Origin: the human T2T-CHM13v2.0 reference genome, Homo sapiens
Strand: one strand, 5' to 3'
Assembly: GCF_009914755.1 (NCBI RefSeq)
Contig: NC_060931.1
Length of the DNA: 64,000 nt
The translations under genes and the position numbers were made by a program. Positions 53,936 through 64,000 of the stretch are shown here, piece after piece. The first letter of the stretch is position 1, and each line of letters opens with the position of its first letter. The notes under the pieces were generated by a model. The model had not been told where the DNA came from, did not search any database, and saw only the letters and a list, made by a program, of their open reading frames with translations.

Positions 53936-56523
53936 GTTTCAAGATTTAGAACTCCTTTTAGCATTTCTTGTAGTGCTGGCTTGGTAGTGGTGAATGCTCT
54001 CAGTATTTGTTTGTCTGAGTAAGACTATCTCTCCTTCATTTACGAAGTTAAGTTTGTCTGGATACAAAATTTTTGGCTGGCAATTATGTTGCTTGAGGAT
54101 GCTAAAGATAGGACCCCTGGCTTGTAGGGTTTCTGCTGAGAAATCTGCTGTTAATATGATAGGTTTTTCCTTATAGGTTACCTAATGCTTTTGCCTCACA
54201 GCTCTTAAGATTCTTCCCTTTGTCTTGACTTTAGATAATCAGATGACTGTGTGCCTGGGTGATGATCTTTTTTTGATGAATTTCCCAGGTATTCTTTGAG
54301 CTTCTTTGATTTGGGTTTCTAGATCTCAAGTGAGGGCCCGGAAGTTTTCCTTGAGTATACCCTCAAATATGTTTTCCAAACTTTTAGATTTCTCTTCTTC
54401 CTCAGGAATACTAATTTTTCTTAGGTTTGTCCATTTAATCTAACCTCAAATTTCCTGGAGGCTTTGTTCATTTTTTAAATTCTTTTCTCTTTATCTTTCT
54501 ATTATTTGGTTAATTTAAAAGCCTTTTCTTCCAGCTCTGAAGTTCTCTCTTCTATTTGTTCAATTATATTGTTGACAATTTCCAATGCATTTTTTTTTTG
54601 TATTTCTGTAAGTGTGTCTTTCATTCCAGGCATTGTGATTTTTTTTTCTTTATGGTATCTATTTTTCTGGAGCATTTTCATCCATATTCTGTATTTTTCA
54701 AAATTTATTTAAGTTGGTTTTCATTTTTCTCTTGTATCTCCTTGAGTTGTTTAATAATCAACTTTATGAATTTTTTTACCTGGCAATTCAGTGATTTCTT
54801 CCTGGTTTGGATCCAGTTCTAGGGATCTAGTTTGGTCTTTTGTGGGGGTGTTATAGAACCTTGTTTTGTCATAATACCAGAATTACTCTTCTGATTCCTT
54901 CTCATTTGGGTAGACTATTTTAGTGGAAAAATCTGGAACTCAAGGGTTGCTGTTCAAATTCTTTTGTCCCACGGGATGGTCCCTTAATGTGGTGCACTCC
55001 CACTCCCCCTAGGGATAGGGCTTCCTGCAAGCCAGACTGCAGTAATTGTTGCCCTTCTAGGTCTAGCCACGCAGCAGGGCTACTATGCTCTGGCCTGCTG
55101 CTGGGAATGTCTTCAAAGAGTCCTGTGATGCAATCTATCTTCAGATCTCCCAGATGTGAATACCAGCATTTGCTCCAGGGAGGTGGCAGGGATGTGAAGT
55201 AGACTCTGTGAGAGTCCTTGGTTGTAGATATGTTTAGTGTGCTAACTTTCTTGAATGCTGGTTATGCTAGCTGTGAAGTTGTCACATGGACAGACTTAGG
55301 ACCACTGGTTAGCCATGATGTTGTGGGCAGTGGAATAAGCTGTTATTTTCCTCTTTCTTGGAGCAGACTTATTCTGTCATGAGTTGCTATAATGTTTTAA
55401 GTTGGTTGGCTTCCAGCCAGGAGGTGGCAATTTCAAGAGAGCATCAGCTGCAATAATAGAAGGGGGACATAAGCTTGCCTTAAGACGGCCAGGATTAGTA
55501 TTTGGGTTTCTCAGGTGATGAATGAGGTCATAAAGTTCCCCAGAGTTGGTCTTTTGTGATTGACTATTGGGGTGGGTAGAAAAATACCATCACAGGGGAA
55601 CAGGGTTAGTCAGGTCTGAACTCAGACTCTCCTTGGGTGCAGCTTGCCACAGCCACTGTTGGGGCTTGCAGGTAGTTCTCAGGCTAATGGGGTTACGTTC
55701 CAGAGGGGATTATGGCTGCTTCTGTTGCCAGGGAAGTGGGGGAAAGCCAGTAGCGATAGGCTTCACCCAGCTTCCATGCAGTTGGCGAGGCCAGTATCAC
55801 TCCCATCGTGCCCTGCTAACAGCACCCAGTTTATCTCCAGGCAGCTTGTGTGCTGGACTCAGACCTAACCTCAGGCTGTAACTTTACTTGCTGAAAAAGC
55901 AAGCACAGCTTTCAGGCTATGCCCCTCCTTGTCTGCTCATACTGTTGGAGGCGAGTCCTGCTTTTCTTTCTGCAGCAGTTCTTGCTCCCCTTAGATTCTG
56001 CTCTAGAGAGTTTGCATCAGTCAAAACTATTACAAACTTCTGTTGGAAGCTCTTTCACCCTGTGTCCCCTCCCAAATTTCACCAGCTGCCTTACCCGAGG
56101 GTCACTTTGAGATATAATCAGGAATGGCTTCCCTGGGCTCCAGCTGGAGAAATGGAGTTCTTACAAGGCTCTTCCCACTGCCGCTTCTAATTTTACATTT
56201 CACAGTAAATCTGTTTCAGCTCCAGGTACGGTTAAGTTCTTCTCCTGTAATATGGACTTTCAGGTTCCCTGGTGGAGACGTGTGTCTGGAAGCAGGTTTC
56301 CCCCCTTCTCACACTTTGGGAATTCACATATTTTGTGCCTGTCTTTCAGAATTGGCAGTGGCCTGCCATTTCTTTCTAAAGATCTGTGAATTCTTTCAGT
56401 TTTCCTAGTACACACCTTTGGTTGTTCTTGGAGCAAAAGTCCACGGTGTGAGTCTCTACACACTTTTCTGTTTGTCCAAGTGGGAGCTGCATGCCAGCCT
56501 TGTCTACTATCCACCATCTTCCC

Positions 56524-56700
56524 TGACTATGCTTTTGAGTTCTTATTTATAAAATATTTTTCCTGGCCAGTGTCCTAAAGTATTTCCCCTATGTTTTCTA
56601 CTAGTAGTTTTATATTTTTGGGTTTTACATTAAGGTCTTTAATCTATTTTGAGTTGATTTTTGTACAGCATGAGAGGTGGGGGTCTAGTTTCATTATTTA
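56524..56700 (-). mobile_element. L1MA-type ORF2 fragment
   Basis: cctatgttttctactagtagttttata...ggtctttaatctattttgagttgatttttgta...gggtctagtttcatt. Confidence 0.7.
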
Positions 56701-57207
56701 CCTGTATTTTATGGTAGACACCCTCTACCATAGGTATATCATAGGCATAAGTCCTGCCTCTTCTGGGAAGTTCTTTCTTTAGAGAGTTCAGGTTAGTTGG
56801 TTAGCCTGTGACCTCACCTCTCTGATGAGCTCAAGAAAGTTTATAATTTTCTAGATTATTTATCTTCTTGTCATTTGGTATTAATGTAGTTCCTTCTTGT
56901 GTTTTTTTATCTTAAATGAATGCCAAAAATCTATCAATTTGTTATTAATTTTAACTAAAATTAAAATTATAGGGAGACCCACTATTATTTGTTCTGGCAG
57001 TTATAATGAAACTTTCTTATCAATAGCTTTCTACACAGAGAGGTAGTAGAGTGACTAGAAGGGATTGTTCTGAGGACTGAAACCATAAATTCCTCAGGTT
57101 CTATTTCTCAGTTTTTTTACTTATGTTCAATTACTTGTGCCTCTACTTTCAGTTTATTCTTGTGTAAGTAGAATAATTATAGAATCATTCTTAAGATTAA
57201 ATAGATT

Positions 57208-57706
<499 letters not shown>

Positions 57707-59277
57707 AGATTAAATAGACTAATGTGTTTTAAATCCTGCGTGTCACATGACAAGTGCTTCATGAACACAAGTTAATGGAACAGGAGAGGTGTGGTTGTAT
57801 TTTACATATAATATATCTATATTGGTAAGCTGAAATTTTAATTTCTTAATCCAGTAAGATAAAATCTTAATTTCTCTTTTTTCTCTTTATAAACTCATAT
57901 TCATTTAGTAGGTGTTCTCAGGTGGGCACTGTACTATTATCCTCTCTATTTTCAGAACAATTTTAAAGACCATAATATGCTTGGGAACCTCCCTTATTGT
58001 TCTGAATTTAGATATAATGCTAAATTTTCTAAAGAAAATCATGTTTTCTGAAAAACAAAAATAACAGGGCATATTTCTTATGTAAATTTGTAATAAAGTA
58101 ACTTATTTTTGTTATATTTTATGGCATTAAAATAAACATTTTCAGGGTGAAAAATTGTTGCTATTTGCAATTTCACATGCCAATATGAAACTTACATCAA
58201 ATTAATGTCAACTAATATGTTTAATGGCATTTAAATTTCTTTATCTCTGTTTATTTATAGATCAAATCACATTTACATTAGAGTTCTGAAGCAGCATGTG
58301 ATTTCAATATTTCCCGTCTATGTTTCTGTTATTTATTTTTAAATAAAATTAAGTATGGTGTGGTAGCTAATTAAAGTTTTAGGTAATCCTGTCATATTAT
58401 TTGATGTCATGATTTCACTACTGTTATCTCTCCATGGACAATAGTTTATTGATACTAGTTTTTTGTTATTGTTGTTAAATTCTTAGAACTTATTAATCTA
58501 TTCTGAAAACATATTTCACTTTAAAAAGTTGAGACATGTTAAGAAGGACTTTAATGGTGTATCTCAACAGGACTGTAATAGTATTGATGCCTTTGCATTT
58601 TACATATCATAGCACATTTTGAATAACTTTAAAAAAATTAATCAGACAATTCACCAGTTACCCTGGTGAGGGAGATGATGGTGTTTCCTTCATAGTTAAG
58701 ACGCAGCATCAACATGACTTATGTAAGAATATTCTGATATTCAGAACAGCGGCAAAGGTATAATTAAGTACTTTCAATTAAGTTGAAGATAAATTTTTAA
58801 AAGTTTAATTTGATTTTATATAGTGTACTTTACATTAATTTTTTAAAAAGAAGCTGACAGATATGTGATTGGCAGAGAGTTATCCTTTTTATATTTAAAA
58901 TAACTACTTGAATATAGATGAAAATTAGAATGTGAGATACATTTACTCAAAATGTGTAAGTTCATATGATACAGACATTTATCAAAATGTCCTGCTAAAT
59001 AAGAATTGACTCACAAGTAACTAAAAGGTATTTTGGAGAGTAGCTACTCCGAATTCCTCCAAATGCAGTGATCCTTTCCAGAGCTCCTCAGACATGGATT
59101 TTATGTGCAAATGCTAAAGGCTATCAGCTTAATGCCTTGTAAAGATGTCTGTACCCTGCTTGTCAGTTCTGAAAGTCATACTGTTTTTATTTGACCCTAA
59201 TTCTGCATCTCTATAAATTCTAGCCAGTGAAAGGCTTATAAAAGCAACAGAGAGTATGTCTACTCTTCTTTCTTTAT

Positions 59278-59560
59278 GCTATTCATTTATGCATTCATCT
59301 GCTCATTCATCCATCATGTAGCTAATAGCCAAAGTTTCTATCAGATCTTGAATATAGAAATGCACATTACAAATCTCTACCCTTGAAAACTGAACAAGTC
59401 AAATACACAGTCAGCCAATACGATTAATCCTATGAAGAAAGTACAGCCAAAGATCTTACAGAAGCTGAATAAAAGAACTCCTGACTCACCAGTGAGGTTG
59501 GATATCAAAAAAGCCTTCAAAGAGGAAAAGACTTCTGACTAGACCAGCTATCTTCAGTGC
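59278..59560 (-). mobile_element. L2 fragment
   Basis: attcatttatgcattcatctgctcattcatccatc tail...ctctacccttgaaaac. Confidence 0.45.
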
Positions 59561-60818
59561 AGGCAGGAGTATGAAGGCCTAACACGGAAGCAGAGAATGA
59601 GTCTCACAGATAATTATAATTTGCATACAGATTGAAGTAAATGGAAGTGGCATTCAAATGTTTAAAGAAGGCTGTTAGTGCTCTCCTACATTTTCGCTTT
59701 TCCAGACTAAATAGACCTGCCCTTAGTTCTTCATTATTTGTTGTATGGTTCGGTTTCCAAATATCTTTAATGATTTATTTTATGGCACTTTAATTCATCG
59801 AAAAATATAATGTTAAACAGCACAAAATATTCCACATAACTGAATTGCCTTTAGTCTTGCTGCGTTTACAAAGAGCACTGTTAAAACTAGTTTTAAAACC
59901 TAACTTGAAGATGCTGTAGAGCTCACAACCTAAGAGCAATACGCCATAAAGTACAAACATGCAGCCATATTTTGTTTCTTATTATGTAGTTGTTGCTCTT
60001 ATAATTTATCATTATTTTCAATAAGGATTCAATAATTTAAATTACGATTGATGAGAAGAAATATTTTAAAAATCTGATGGATAATGTGTAAATTATATAC
60101 AACTTTCTACATGGATCCTAGTATCATCTTGTAGGGGCAAAGCAAAGTAGCTGTTTAGCAGCATATATCTATTAATTTACTGGAATTCTCAGACACATCA
60201 ACCATATGGAAATCAGAAGAGAATTCAACAAACTAGTTCTATTTTGTTGTGTTTTTCTAATGGCGAGCGATAAAGACAAATAAATATAATAGTTGGTAGA
60301 TGACAATAAGAGAGGGAAGTGAGGTGAGGAAACCTATGCTCTAGAGGTAAGAAATTTTGGAATAACTGAATAGTTTCTGGAGAATTTATGCCAGCATTTG
60401 TCATAGATCATTTAAATTTATCCTTGAACACATTAAGAAGTAAAGGAAAGTAGAGCCATTGAATCTAGTGGTTCATAGCAATCCAAAATTGATTATCAAC
60501 TTCTAGCTGTTCAAGATCTCATCTTTGTGCCTCTTCAAGAGCAAGAACAAAGTAGAACTTTAAGTAGCCTTTGAACCTATATTAGAAATTTTTGTCTGCT
60601 TACCAAATAGATAATGCTCACATTTCCCTATATAAGAAAAAAGCACTTTCACAGCATAATTCTCAAAGCATTTGTTTTCTGTGTCCCTTATTTGACAGTC
60701 AATTTTGTGTGGGCGGTTAATTTTATATAGGTACACTGATGATTAAGAGCAAGGTTTCTCCTGCTTCCTGGGTTCACACATCAAGTTTGCCACTTAGCCC
60801 TTGTGAAGACACAGACTT

Positions 60819-62994
<2,176 letters not shown>

Positions 62995-63529
62995 ACACAG
63001 ATTGCTTAATCCTTCTGGGTCCCAGTTACAGCTAAAATAAGAATAATAATATCCAGTTTACAAAACTGATATTTGATTTGGTATGCAAAGCAGCTAAAAT
63101 TCTTCTCGACACATGAGAGGAGACGTTCTATAAATTGACACTATTATTGGCTTCCTTGATTACTTTATTTCTGAATATATTTGCTTTGCCCCCTTAACAA
63201 AGTTTGATGCTGCCATGGGAAAGGACTGTGGAATTTCTGCTGTTTTACCACAAATGAAAATTGAGTTTCTATTATGTGTGGTCTGGCTTAGAACTTTGCT
63301 TTGCTTATCTGCAGAGACAAAAACAAACTATAGCTAGATTGATTGATGACTTACCTTAGAATTAGGACCAATATATTTCACCAATAATGCTAGGTAATAG
63401 GTCATTTATTTCTCTAACAAGAAACTTCAGGTGCTGACCTGACCTCCTCCTAGTGTCTCATATGTCCTGTGGACTAGACTCCTCTCACTGCCCATACATC
63501 AGTTTTTTGACTAGTATCTACTTTCATCT

Positions 63530-64000
63530 CAATTTTTAAAAATAATATTCTATTTTAGGATAGTTTTAAGTTTAAAGAAAAATCAAAAAGATAGTACAGA
63601 GTTTTCATATATTTGATACTACATTTCTTCTATATTTTCAAGCAGTACTTGAACATTTTAAGGAGTACTGGTGAGGTATTTTATAGAATCTTCAATTGGG
63701 ATTTGTCTATTATTATTTTCTCCTGATAATACTGGAGATAAGGGGTTTAGTGAAGAAGAACACAGGGAAAATTGCCTTTTTCATCACGTTGTATCAAGGA
63801 TAAAATCTATCAACATGACATCACTGTGTGTCTTAACCTTGATTCCCTAGTTGAAGTGGTGTCTGTCAGGTCACTCCATATTGCAAAGTCAGTCTTTCCC
63901 CCCATTTCCATACTCAAGTCTATGGAAGGAAGTCTCTGTATGTGCAGCCCATACCTGAGGAGTGGAGATTTATTCTGCAGTGGAGATTTGTCTTATATGT
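63530..64000 (-). mobile_element. L1MC-type 3' fragment
   Basis: ttttaggatagttttaagttt...gagtactggtgaggtattttatagaat...caattgggatttgtct...gtgcagcccatacctgagg. Confidence 0.7.

Noticed and set aside
54987-56517. Several 60-100 aa ORFs
   Set aside because: They fall in the L1PB 5' UTR with no recognisable domain.
59680-59850. Possible L3/CR1 fragment
   Set aside because: Too degenerate to support without an HMM search.

Overview
AT-rich primate (probably human) intergenic DNA, roughly half transposable-element remnants, with no intact protein-coding gene, RNA gene or CRISPR array. The main non-TE feature is a minus-strand processed pseudogene of EIF3I (47.4-48.6 kb, probably EIF3IP1). It appears to derive from an exon-2-skipped mRNA and carries an AluY at its stop codon. 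Other contents: a truncated MER57 provirus (5' LTR, tRNA-Leu PBS, env TM remnant) with nested THE1A and MER75; solo LTRs; a 3'-truncated L1PB; a twin-primed L1PA2; seven Alus; and many L1M/L2/MIR fragments. Unusual structures: a polyadenylated, TSD-flanked retrocopy of an LTR transcript end (53.8 kb); a 212-bp locally templated insertion of L1 5'UTR into an Alu (57.3 kb); perfect 70- and 48-bp tandem duplications; and an apparently TE-free 2-kb block with clustered PBX-HOX/MEIS motifs (40-42 kb). I found no convincing novel multi-gene system. Repeat family names come from recalled consensus sequences and boundaries of old elements are approximate.
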